Origin: a virus
Lineage: Duplodnaviria; Caudoviricetes
Length of the DNA stretch: 55,268 bases
IMG/VR virus record: IMGVR_UViG_3300036832_001686
Location: 1 to 55,268 of that record
Reading direction: 5' to 3' (one strand)
A program made the translations under genes and the position numbers. The notes under the pieces are model-generated. The model was given only the letters and a program-made list of their open reading frames with translations, was not told where the DNA came from and made no database searches. This document shows, in pieces, positions 9,177 through 16,762 of the stretch (positions are counted from its first letter, which is position 1; every line of letters begins with the position of its first letter).

Positions 9177-11339
9177 ATGCCATTGCCAACGCCTCACGCC
9201 GGCGAAGAAGAATCCAAATTTATCGAGCGGTGCATGCACGCCATGGCCGAGACTGATCCGGACCGTCCCCAAGATCAGCGCTTGGCTATCTGCTATTCGC
9301 AATATAAAAAAGGCGATAAAGGACTAAATCCGGAAATGGTCCGCTATCGCGAGCTGGCGCTCCAGAAGAAATTTCTGGACCGGGAAAAGCGCTTGGTGCG
9401 TTTAAGCTTCAGTTCCGATCAACCGTATCTTCGCGAGAATGGCTATGAGATTCTGAGCCACGCGAAAGGAGCGCTGAACACCGATCGATTAAAATCGGGC
9501 TTGGCCTTGCTAGTCAATCATAACTGGGAAGACCAGCTTGGCGTGGTCACCGATTATAGCGTGGACGGGCACAAAGCTTTTGCCACGGTCAAGATCTCCC
9601 GTTCGGTCCGCGGCGAAGAACTCTTAAACGATATCGAGGACGGAATTAAACGCAGTGTCAGCGTCGGTTATTCGATCGATAAGATCCGGCAACTCAAAGA
9701 TGAGGAACTAGACAGCTACTTTGCCAAGGACAACGGCGAGATGCATCCCATGGAAAGCGAGATGGGCGGCGAAGATAGCGGCGAAGACGACGAGGACGAG
9801 GAGGACGAAGAGGACGAGGATGAAGCGGAGGAAGAGGACGATTATCGGGCATTAGCTAGAGCGCGTGGCGCCTATCTGGTGACCCGATTTACTCCATTGG
9901 AAATATCAGTGGTGAGCGTGCCGGCGGATATCAGTGTTGGCGTCGGCCGCTCCAAAGAAGTAGCCCCCGCGCCTGCGGTAAGTATAGAAAACCCCATCCG
10001 AGAATCTATGGCCGAGACTAATGTTGTCGAAATTACAAGCGAAACGCTGAACGAGGCGAGACGGTTAGAAGTCGCCCGCATTCGCGAATTAACCGGAATC
10101 GGCAAGCGTTTCGGCGCCGAGAAAGAAGCCGACGATTTCGTCAACCAAGATAAGACGGTAGCGGAATTCAACGCCTACATTCTCGAACATAAGATCAAAA
10201 CCCAGAACGTAATTCCGACGCCTCCGACCGGTGCAGTCCCAAATCGGGATATGGCCCGCTATGACCTCTGCAAAGCCATCATGGAAGGCGGCGAGCATCG
10301 CCTGAGTGGTCTGGAATTGGAAATTGATCAAGAGATGTCTCGGGTTAATCGCAAGAGCCGACCGGATAGTTTCTGGTTACCAGAGCAAGCTTTCGGGTAT
10401 GCGTTACGAAATACGCCATTGGGTCGGCTGGCGACCCGCGACGCCGTGGTCGGCACTCCTGGTCTTGGGGGAGATTTGGTGCAGACCACGGTGGTGCCCA
10501 GTCTGATCGAGCTATTACGACATAAGATGGTGCTCGGCAGAGCCGGGGCGACCATGATGTCAGGACTGCGCGATAACCTGGCGATTCCCGGCCAGATCAC
10601 GGCGGCAACCGCGACTTGGGCCACTGAAGTCCAGGCTTTGACCAACACCGATCGCACCTTCAACCAGGTGCCCTTAGAACCAATCCGTTTAGGCGCAGTG
10701 AGTAACTTTTCCAAGATGTTACTCGCCCAAAGTGTGCTCTCGATTCAAGCCATTATCGCCGAGGATCTTTTGACGGTGATTGCGTTGGCCGAGGATGAGG
10801 CCGGCCTTTTCGGGACCGCGCCGGCGCCAGTCGGGATTTTCAATTATCCGGCTAATACGCCGACCGGTAACGTCTATCAACAGACTGCGGCCAGCGTCAC
10901 TTTCCCGAGCGGTTATCCAACTTGGACAAATATCGTTGCTTTCGAGGGTAACGTCGGATTCTTAGACGTGAACCTGGATGACCCGAGCGCGCGTTACATC
11001 ATCAATCCAAAAACGATGGCGGCGTGGAAGACTTACGCCAGGACCGATCCGCGAGCGACGAACCAATTTTATCCCGCGTTCTTCATTGATCAGGACAACG
11101 AAGTCAATGGTTATCCTTACATCGCCAGCAACCAGATTGGACCCACAAACCAGGTGCTCTTTGGCGTATTTTCCAATGTCATTATTGGGCACTGGGGCGG
11201 TGGTGTGGAACTGTTTACAGATCCTTATACTCTGGCCCATCAGGCGGAGGTCAGGATCGTCATCAACCTCTTTACGGACATCGCGTTCAGGTATACGCAA
11301 GCCTTCGCTTATTCGACAAACAGCGGGATTACCAATTAA
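9177..11339 (+). CDS. Prohead protease - major capsid protein fusion (HK97 fold)
   Basis: Protease motifs LLVNHN, SVSVGY and EISVVSVPAD; capsid motifs GGDLVQT, LIELLR, NGYP and FGVFS...WGG...DPYT. Confidence 0.92.
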   Translation: MPLPTPHAGEEESKFIERCMHAMAETDPDRPQDQRLAICYSQYKKGDKGLNPEMVRYRELALQKKFLDREKRLVRLSFSSDQPYLRENGYEILSHAKGALNTDRLKSGLALLVNHNWEDQLGVVTDYSVDGHKAFATVKISRSVRGEELLNDIEDGIKRSVSVGYSIDKIRQLKDEELDSYFAKDNGEMHPMESEMGGEDSGEDDEDEEDEEDEDEAEEEDDYRALARARGAYLVTRFTPLEISVVSVPADISVGVGRSKEVAPAPAVSIENPIRESMAETNVVEITSETLNEARRLEVARIRELTGIGKRFGAEKEADDFVNQDKTVAEFNAYILEHKIKTQNVIPTPPTGAVPNRDMARYDLCKAIMEGGEHRLSGLELEIDQEMSRVNRKSRPDSFWLPEQAFGYALRNTPLGRLATRDAVVGTPGLGGDLVQTTVVPSLIELLRHKMVLGRAGATMMSGLRDNLAIPGQITAATATWATEVQALTNTDRTFNQVPLEPIRLGAVSNFSKMLLAQSVLSIQAIIAEDLLTVIALAEDEAGLFGTAPAPVGIFNYPANTPTGNVYQQTAASVTFPSGYPTWTNIVAFEGNVGFLDVNLDDPSARYIINPKTMAAWKTYARTDPRATNQFYPAFFIDQDNEVNGYPYIASNQIGPTNQVLFGVFSNVIIGHWGGGVELFTDPYTLAHQAEVRIVINLFTDIAFRYTQAFAYSTNSGITN
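9978..9984 (+). promoter_or_regulatory. GTAAGTA motif inside the protease-capsid gene
   Basis: 23 nt before in-frame ATG 10008 (Met278), at the protease/capsid boundary. Confidence 0.6.
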
Positions 11340-11353
11340 TCGCCGTAAGGCGA
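11340..11353 (+). terminator. Small GNRA hairpin after the capsid gene
   Basis: TCGCC-GTAA-GGCGA directly after the stop. No U-tract, so it may be an mRNA stabiliser. Confidence 0.35.
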
Positions 11354-11362
11354 AAATTCAGA

Positions 11363-11369
11363 GTAAGTA
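11363..11369 (+). promoter_or_regulatory. GTAAGTA late motif
   Basis: 9 nt before ATG 11379. Confidence 0.7.
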
Positions 11370-11378
11370 GTTACTGTT

Positions 11379-12008
11379 ATGCCGACTTCTGATGCCGTTA
11401 TTGTTGGTAAAATTACCATCCCCGAGGTTGGGGGTGGCCCCATCATTCCTCCTGCTGACGCGGTAGTCATGCCGCCGATTTATTTGCCGATCACGCCGCC
11501 AGGTCAGCCTGAACACCCGATCTACATTCCCGTTTATCCGGCTCATCCCATTGAGATTGTGCCGCCTACACCGGAACACCCGATCTATTTGCCTTCCGAT
11601 GGTAGCCCGACCCATCCGATCTATATCCCGGGCAAACCGACTCATCCGATCGCTCCCGGCGGTGGACCCGAGCATCCGATTTATTTCCCAGTATTTCCAT
11701 CACATCCCATCGAAATCGTGCCGCCTACGGCTGAACATCCGATCTATTTGCCGATCGGACCGGAGCATCCGATTTATTATCCCGTCGGGGCGGAACATCC
11801 GATTGTTTATCCACCGGAAGGAACACCGGAACACCCGATCTATTTGCCGGTCGCACCCGCCCATCCGATTGAATTGCCGGAGGCACCGTCAGAACCTGGC
11901 AACGGCTTAACGCCGGAACATCCGATTCTGTTACCCGGCGATACCATCACCCTTTACGTATCCCTGGGACCAGGAAAACCGATTCAGATCGCCATCCCCA
12001 AGAAATAG
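11379..12008 (+). CDS. Proline-rich protein with 13 xxHPI repeats
   Basis: PEHPIY/PAHPIE/PTHPI units; own late motif; directly after the capsid gene. Confidence 0.8.
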   Translation: MPTSDAVIVGKITIPEVGGGPIIPPADAVVMPPIYLPITPPGQPEHPIYIPVYPAHPIEIVPPTPEHPIYLPSDGSPTHPIYIPGKPTHPIAPGGGPEHPIYFPVFPSHPIEIVPPTAEHPIYLPIGPEHPIYYPVGAEHPIVYPPEGTPEHPIYLPVAPAHPIELPEAPSEPGNGLTPEHPILLPGDTITLYVSLGPGKPIQIAIPKK

Positions 12009-12151
12009 TGGAACCGCCACTATCACCGAAAGACGAGAAATCGCTTGAACAGGAAATGGAAGAAACCGTTCAAGCGATTATCGCCGACGATCTCAAAAAG
12101 AGGGTAGTGATCCCAGAGGACGCGCTGAAAAAGCAGGAAGCAACCCGGTAA
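12008..12151 (+). CDS. Small 47-aa hypothetical protein (not in the ORF track)
   Basis: GTG 12008 to TAA 12151 exactly fills the gap: MEPPLSPKDEKSLEQEMEETVQAII... Confidence 0.5.
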   Translation: MEPPLSPKDEKSLEQEMEETVQAIIADDLKKRVVIPEDALKKQEATR

Positions 12152-12157
12152 ATTTCA

Positions 12158-12523
12158 ATGAGCGTTCTGCCCGAAGTCCAGCAGACGTTTCTGGATGCTT
12201 TCGGCTACACCCAGGAGTTTGATGCTACCGTCTTAAGCCTGACTTTCTCAGACGGTAGCGTTGATGGCCGGATCACGCTGGACATCACCGGGCTCTTAAT
12301 CACCGACCAGTCCAGAGCGATTCACACCCATTCGCACGGACTGAACATTGTCGGGGAAATCGAGTCAGTCCTCTTCATGTTTTACGCGAGCCAGGTGCCC
12401 TCTGGAGCCCAGATCTATTCCAAGCAGATGATCGATATCAGCGGCACCAAATACAACCTGGAGACCGTCGTTTTAGAATATGGCCTCTACACGCTCACGA
12501 TGCGGCTTTTGGGGATGCATTGA
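12158..12523 (+). CDS. Head closure / head-tail joining protein (gpFII-like)
   Basis: Size, beta-rich C-terminus IDISGTKYNLETVVLEYGLYTL, and position. Confidence 0.55.
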   Translation: MSVLPEVQQTFLDAFGYTQEFDATVLSLTFSDGSVDGRITLDITGLLITDQSRAIHTHSHGLNIVGEIESVLFMFYASQVPSGAQIYSKQMIDISGTKYNLETVVLEYGLYTLTMRLLGMH

Positions 12524-13161
12524 TGATTAGACATAGCTTTACGTTGCAAAACATTCAGGAGACTTACCGCGTCTTTCGCGGCGTCCCTAAAGCAGCGGAG
12601 AAAGTCGTTTTAAAGACCATCAACGAATCCTTACCGCGTGGCCGGACTGTGGCCGTGGACAGTATCGTCAAGCGGCTACAGATCGGTAGAAACACCATTT
12701 CGAAAGACGTTAAAATTGATCGCGCTCGGCCAGGCCATCTCGTTGGGGCTATTCACGCCAAAGGCTTTCGTTTAGCGGTCGGGCTGTTCAGTCCGCGACT
12801 CGGCGCCAAGATGTTAACCAGGAGCAAAAACCAATGGAAATACCGGCGTGTACGACGCAAACCCGGCCAGATGGGACCATTCTATGGTGGGATCGAGTTC
12901 ACCGAGATCCGCGGGCGCACTTCGATTTTACAGCACGCTTTTTTCGCCGGCTTTAGCAGTGGCCACCAAGGAGTCTTTTCGCGTCGCCAAAAGGACGGCA
13001 GCTATTCCAAACGTTATCCTATCCACGAACAGGAAGGGACCAGTGTCGCTTCCCAGTTGAATAATCCTGACGTCCGCAAAGCGGTCAACAAAGCCACTCA
13101 GGAAAACGCTTTAGTCCATTGGCAACATTGGATGCGAACAGAATTGGAGGCGATTAAGTAG
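12520..13161 (+). CDS. Tail completion protein (lambda gpZ-like)
   Basis: Basic protein with HAFFAGFSSGHQGVFSR...RYPIHEQEGTSVAS motif. Confidence 0.75.
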   Translation: MMIRHSFTLQNIQETYRVFRGVPKAAEKVVLKTINESLPRGRTVAVDSIVKRLQIGRNTISKDVKIDRARPGHLVGAIHAKGFRLAVGLFSPRLGAKMLTRSKNQWKYRRVRRKPGQMGPFYGGIEFTEIRGRTSILQHAFFAGFSSGHQGVFSRRQKDGSYSKRYPIHEQEGTSVASQLNNPDVRKAVNKATQENALVHWQHWMRTELEAIK

Positions 13162-13163
13162 GC

Positions 13164-13765
13164 ATGCTTTTCACCGTGATGGACCTGGAGCGGGCGCTAG
13201 TGGAGCGCGTGTCGCCTGGACGCAGTACATGCGCTTTAAGTCTCCAGAAGACGGCGGTGCAACGTCGGTGCCAGTCACCGTGGTGACCGGTCTAATCCCC
13301 TCTTATCAGGCCGGCACCCAGAACATGGACAAGGCGCCGGTCATTTCCGTGCGAGCCACGGCCGGCAGCTTTCATCGGGTCGGCGGCGAATGCACTATTC
13401 ACGTTTTTATTTTGACCTGGGACGACGATCAATCCCGAGACGGTTACCTGGACGTCCTCGATATAATCACCGCTATTTACAGCGGCCTCTATGAGGAAGG
13501 CGCTCTGGCTAACGCTTTCCTGCTCTTAGATCAGCCGGTGAAGTGGTCGATGATCGAGGACATCAGCCTGGACACGTTCGGCTATTACGTGGGCGGGATG
13601 CAGATCGAGTTCGGCATTATGACGCCAGGCATCAATCCCAATTACGGTGGCGGCGGTTGGGTGGAAGGCGACCTGCAATATAGCGGCGTCGGTGGGGAGA
13701 GCGCCGAAGTCTCTGAAACTCCCACCAACAATTTTTCTCCAGATAATCCCTACGCACCAGCGTAG
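13164..13765 (+). CDS. Tail terminator-like protein, apparently frameshifted near 13210
   Basis: ATG 13164 (MLFTVMDLERALVERV) joins AWTQYMRFKS of ORF 13229..13765 if one base is added at about 13210. Confidence 0.55.
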
Positions 13766-13786
13766 GAAGTTGATTCCGTTTGTCCG

Positions 13787-13793
13787 GTAAGTA
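13787..13793 (+). promoter_or_regulatory. GTAAGTA late motif
   Basis: 9 nt before GTG 13803. Confidence 0.7.
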
Positions 13794-13802
13794 ATAGACA
13801 AG

Positions 13803-14096
13803 GTGAGCACCGAAGCAACTGGACCAACCACCGCCGCAACTCGGCCGCAGGTACTGATTTATGTGGGACCGAAAAACAAGGCGTTAGGACTTCGCGAGTT
13901 CCAACGATTTATCGGCGGTACGGCGGCATTCCCACCGGCGCTATTAGCCGCCTATAACAATTCACCGGCGTTCGCCAATCTGTTCGAAGATTTTCACGAG
14001 AAATTCATGAAACACCGCCCGCCGGGCGCGCCACCACTTCGTGGCGCCATTGCACCGGCGATTCGCAAAGGTCCGCCAATCCGAGTCAACCGCTAA
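13803..14096 (+). CDS. Small pre-sheath tail protein
   Basis: LIYVGP motif and position directly before the sheath gene. Confidence 0.6.
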   Translation: MSTEATGPTTAATRPQVLIYVGPKNKALGLREFQRFIGGTAAFPPALLAAYNNSPAFANLFEDFHEKFMKHRPPGAPPLRGAIAPAIRKGPPIRVNR

Positions 14097-14102
14097 AAGC
14101 TT

Positions 14103-15692
14103 ATGGCCCTTCCACAACCCGGCGTAATTTCTGTTGATGTCCCTACCGCATTGCGGGCGGTTATTCAGGCCAACTGCGCGGCTTTCTTCAATACGGGCGT
14201 TTATCCGGTTCACTCGCTATCGAACAATCCGGATGGCAGTCCGATCGTCTGGACCCAACCGGGGAGCGGGGTCAGTCCTTACGCGCAGGTAGTCAATAAG
14301 CCCATTCTTTGCACGATCGCTGCCGATTTTACGACCCAGCTCGGGGAATCCGATGACTGGATCTCCTTTCCGCCGATGCAGGTCTATCAGGCCGGCTTCA
14401 TTGATGCTTTTCCCCAACCGGTCAGCCCGCAAATCCATAACAACGTCTGGGATCCGTGGTTAGCGAAGAATCATACCCAGGTCAGCGCCCTAAACGCTCC
14501 GCTGGTCAATGGACTCGTCACGATTGACGCCGAAGTCATTCTTCCTTCCCTAGTGGTTAAAGGCACTGCGGGGCGTGTCTACGTCAACGGCACCGACTTC
14601 CAATTTGCCTATGACGATAACACGCTCAAATCGGCAACCCTGACCGTGTTCGCCGCCTCGCCCATGTTCGCGGAAACTTCGGTTTCGCTGACTTATTGTA
14701 CTCCGATCGTCTCCGGAATTACCGAGGACGACATTGCTGGCGGTACTGATGTAAACGGCAATAATCTGGGGCTGGAAGTGATCGAGGACGTTTATCAGCA
14801 CACCGATATCACTGCGGCCATTGTTTTTTGCCCGGGTTGGACCAGTAACGATGTCGTGTACGCGGCCGGCAATGCCCGGGTCCAGTCGATCAATAATGGC
14901 CGTTTCCGCGCCATTTACTTATACAGCGTCGATCCGGAAGCGGTGCAATTTTATAACGGGATCCTGGAGTGGAAAAATAGCCAGAACATGGTCAGCGCGT
15001 TCTCGATCGGCAGCTGGCCGCACGGCGGTCTAGGCACACCAGGCCCTTACGGCAAATACGTCTATGAAGCGGCCACCATCGAAGCGGTGACCTTAGCATC
15101 AACCGATGCCAGCTACGGGCTTGTTCCTTATGTCAGTCCGGACAACAAGGGGTTGGCGATCGATCGCACCTATGTCGGCACCTTTGGCACTCCCAGCTTC
15201 AAGCAGGTCCGGGTTAATTGGACTTGGGCCGACCAAATAGAAGAGTGGGGAGTCAGCACTTTTGTCAACGATAACGGCTGGAAATCTTACGGCGGATTAA
15301 CTCCCTACTACCCAGGCGGCTCGGATCCGATTTTTATGTGGATCAATGTCCGCCGGTATTTCTGCTGGTTCGGCTCAACCATGAGCTTGACGCTTCAGCA
15401 GTTCAAAGGCTTACCCGGTAACCAGCGATCGCTCTCCGCGATTCAAGCGACCATTTCCCAGTTTGGCAATGCCCAGGTTCAAATTCAGGCGCTGAACAGT
15501 TTTCACTGTTACTTTCTCCCAGAGGAAAATCCGGCTGAGAACGTCATCAATGGCGAGTACACCTACCATATTGATATGGTTGTCCCGATCGAGATCCGGA
15601 CCATTCAATTGATGCTGCAATTCTCCATTCCTGATCTTACCGCGTGGATTAGTCAGGTCTCCCAAACCATCAACGCTGGGACTGGAACCTAG
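14103..15692 (+). CDS. Contractile tail sheath protein (P2 FI-like)
   Basis: 529 aa; GLEVIEDVY, PGW, VSPDNK, INVRRYF and FLPEENP motifs. Confidence 0.9.
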   Translation: MALPQPGVISVDVPTALRAVIQANCAAFFNTGVYPVHSLSNNPDGSPIVWTQPGSGVSPYAQVVNKPILCTIAADFTTQLGESDDWISFPPMQVYQAGFIDAFPQPVSPQIHNNVWDPWLAKNHTQVSALNAPLVNGLVTIDAEVILPSLVVKGTAGRVYVNGTDFQFAYDDNTLKSATLTVFAASPMFAETSVSLTYCTPIVSGITEDDIAGGTDVNGNNLGLEVIEDVYQHTDITAAIVFCPGWTSNDVVYAAGNARVQSINNGRFRAIYLYSVDPEAVQFYNGILEWKNSQNMVSAFSIGSWPHGGLGTPGPYGKYVYEAATIEAVTLASTDASYGLVPYVSPDNKGLAIDRTYVGTFGTPSFKQVRVNWTWADQIEEWGVSTFVNDNGWKSYGGLTPYYPGGSDPIFMWINVRRYFCWFGSTMSLTLQQFKGLPGNQRSLSAIQATISQFGNAQVQIQALNSFHCYFLPEENPAENVINGEYTYHIDMVVPIEIRTIQLMLQFSIPDLTAWISQVSQTINAGTGT

Positions 15693-15698
15693 TAAGTA
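15692..15698 (+). promoter_or_regulatory. GTAAGTA late motif
   Basis: 7 nt before ATG 15706. Confidence 0.7.
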
Positions 15699-15705
15699 CT
15701 GACAT

Positions 15706-16224
15706 ATGGCGATCTCCTACCCTTTCAGTCTGAAACAGTACAACGTGTACCCCAATGCAGGGGGCGCTTTAATCGGCGTCGCGGATGTGGTCATGCCGAA
15801 GCTGATGTTCGTCAAGGATACGATCAGCGGTGCTGGAATCGCGGGCAGTTTAAGCGTGCCGGTGATGGGCAACGTCCAACCCATGCAGTGTACAATCAAT
15901 TGGCATGTCAATAGCGTTCCAGCTTTCGCGCTCTTTCAGGGCAACGGTCAGCAAGTGCGGATCATGAGTGACGTGTATAATTTCAACAATGCGAGCGGGC
16001 TCTTTTCCGATGTGGCCGAAGAGGTGGTAATGACGCTGTTTTCCTCTGAGCATGACCTGGGTAAACGCGAAGCCAGCGTCAAAGCGATTGTCAGCCAGGT
16101 CTATGATGTCACCTTTCTGCTAGTGGTTTTCCAAGGAAAGACGATGTGGCAGATTGATCCGATGTCTGACGTCTGTGTATTGAACGGCGTCGATGTGAAC
16201 GTGGGTGCACGCGCAAATACTTGA
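15706..16224 (+). CDS. Tail tube protein (P2 FII-like)
   Basis: GVADVVMPKL...ISGAGIAG...IDPMSDVCVLNGVD. Confidence 0.92.
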   Translation: MAISYPFSLKQYNVYPNAGGALIGVADVVMPKLMFVKDTISGAGIAGSLSVPVMGNVQPMQCTINWHVNSVPAFALFQGNGQQVRIMSDVYNFNNASGLFSDVAEEVVMTLFSSEHDLGKREASVKAIVSQVYDVTFLLVVFQGKTMWQIDPMSDVCVLNGVDVNVGARANT

Positions 16225-16229
16225 GCCCG

Positions 16230-16236
16230 GTAAGTA
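16230..16236 (+). promoter_or_regulatory. GTAAGTA late motif embedded in a palindrome
   Basis: 10 nt before ATG 16247; within CCGGTAAG-TAG-CTTACCGG (16227-16245). Confidence 0.7.
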
Positions 16237-16246
16237 GCTTACCGGA

Positions 16247-16612
16247 ATGAGTGAGCTGCAAGTCGTAGAAGAGAATAGTGCCCCTGAAGAACTGAAACCC
16301 GAGGACGATCCTCGGTATTTCATGCTGTCCAAGCCGATTCGGGCCGGCACGCGGACCCTGGATAAATTGCTGATCGATGCGAGCACCCTCGATGGCGTGA
16401 CGTACTTTCAGCTGGTCGAAGAGTGGAACCGGCGCTGGCCTGGCGCGGTGCGCAGGTTCCCCGTCAAATCGCAGGACGACAATTGGTTGATGCTGGTGAT
16501 TGCCAAGCTCAACGATATTCCTCCCGAGGATCTCGCTAAGCTGAATTTCACCGATCTCAATACTCTGTTTCCTCGAAGCTTAGCTTTTCAATTTTCCCAG
16601 AGTCAGAAGTAA
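16247..16612 (+). CDS. Tail assembly chaperone (gpE-like)
   Basis: LSKPI...IAKLNDIPPEDLAKLNFTD; lies between tube and tape measure. Confidence 0.85.
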   Translation: MSELQVVEENSAPEELKPEDDPRYFMLSKPIRAGTRTLDKLLIDASTLDGVTYFQLVEEWNRRWPGAVRRFPVKSQDDNWLMLVIAKLNDIPPEDLAKLNFTDLNTLFPRSLAFQFSQSQK

Positions 16613-16761
16613 AGGACGAAGCTGACACCGATCTGATGAGGAAAGCGTATCTCTTTATGGGGTACCGCTGTCCGCCGCTGAGCTATTGGATGAAAATGCC
16701 CATACGCGATTTTTTTGATTGGTTAACTGTGGCCGGCGAATTCTTTAAAGACGCGATGTGA
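16582..16761 (+). CDS. gpE'-like -1 frameshift extension of the chaperone
   Basis: The -1 frame is open across the chaperone stop and encodes PLSYWMKMPIRDFFDWLTVA. T-runs at 16585-16595 are candidate slip sites. Confidence 0.65.
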   Translation, partial: SFSIFPESEVKDEADTDLMRKAYLFMGYRCPPLSYWMKMPIRDFFDWLTVAGEFFKDAM

Positions 16762-16762
16762 A

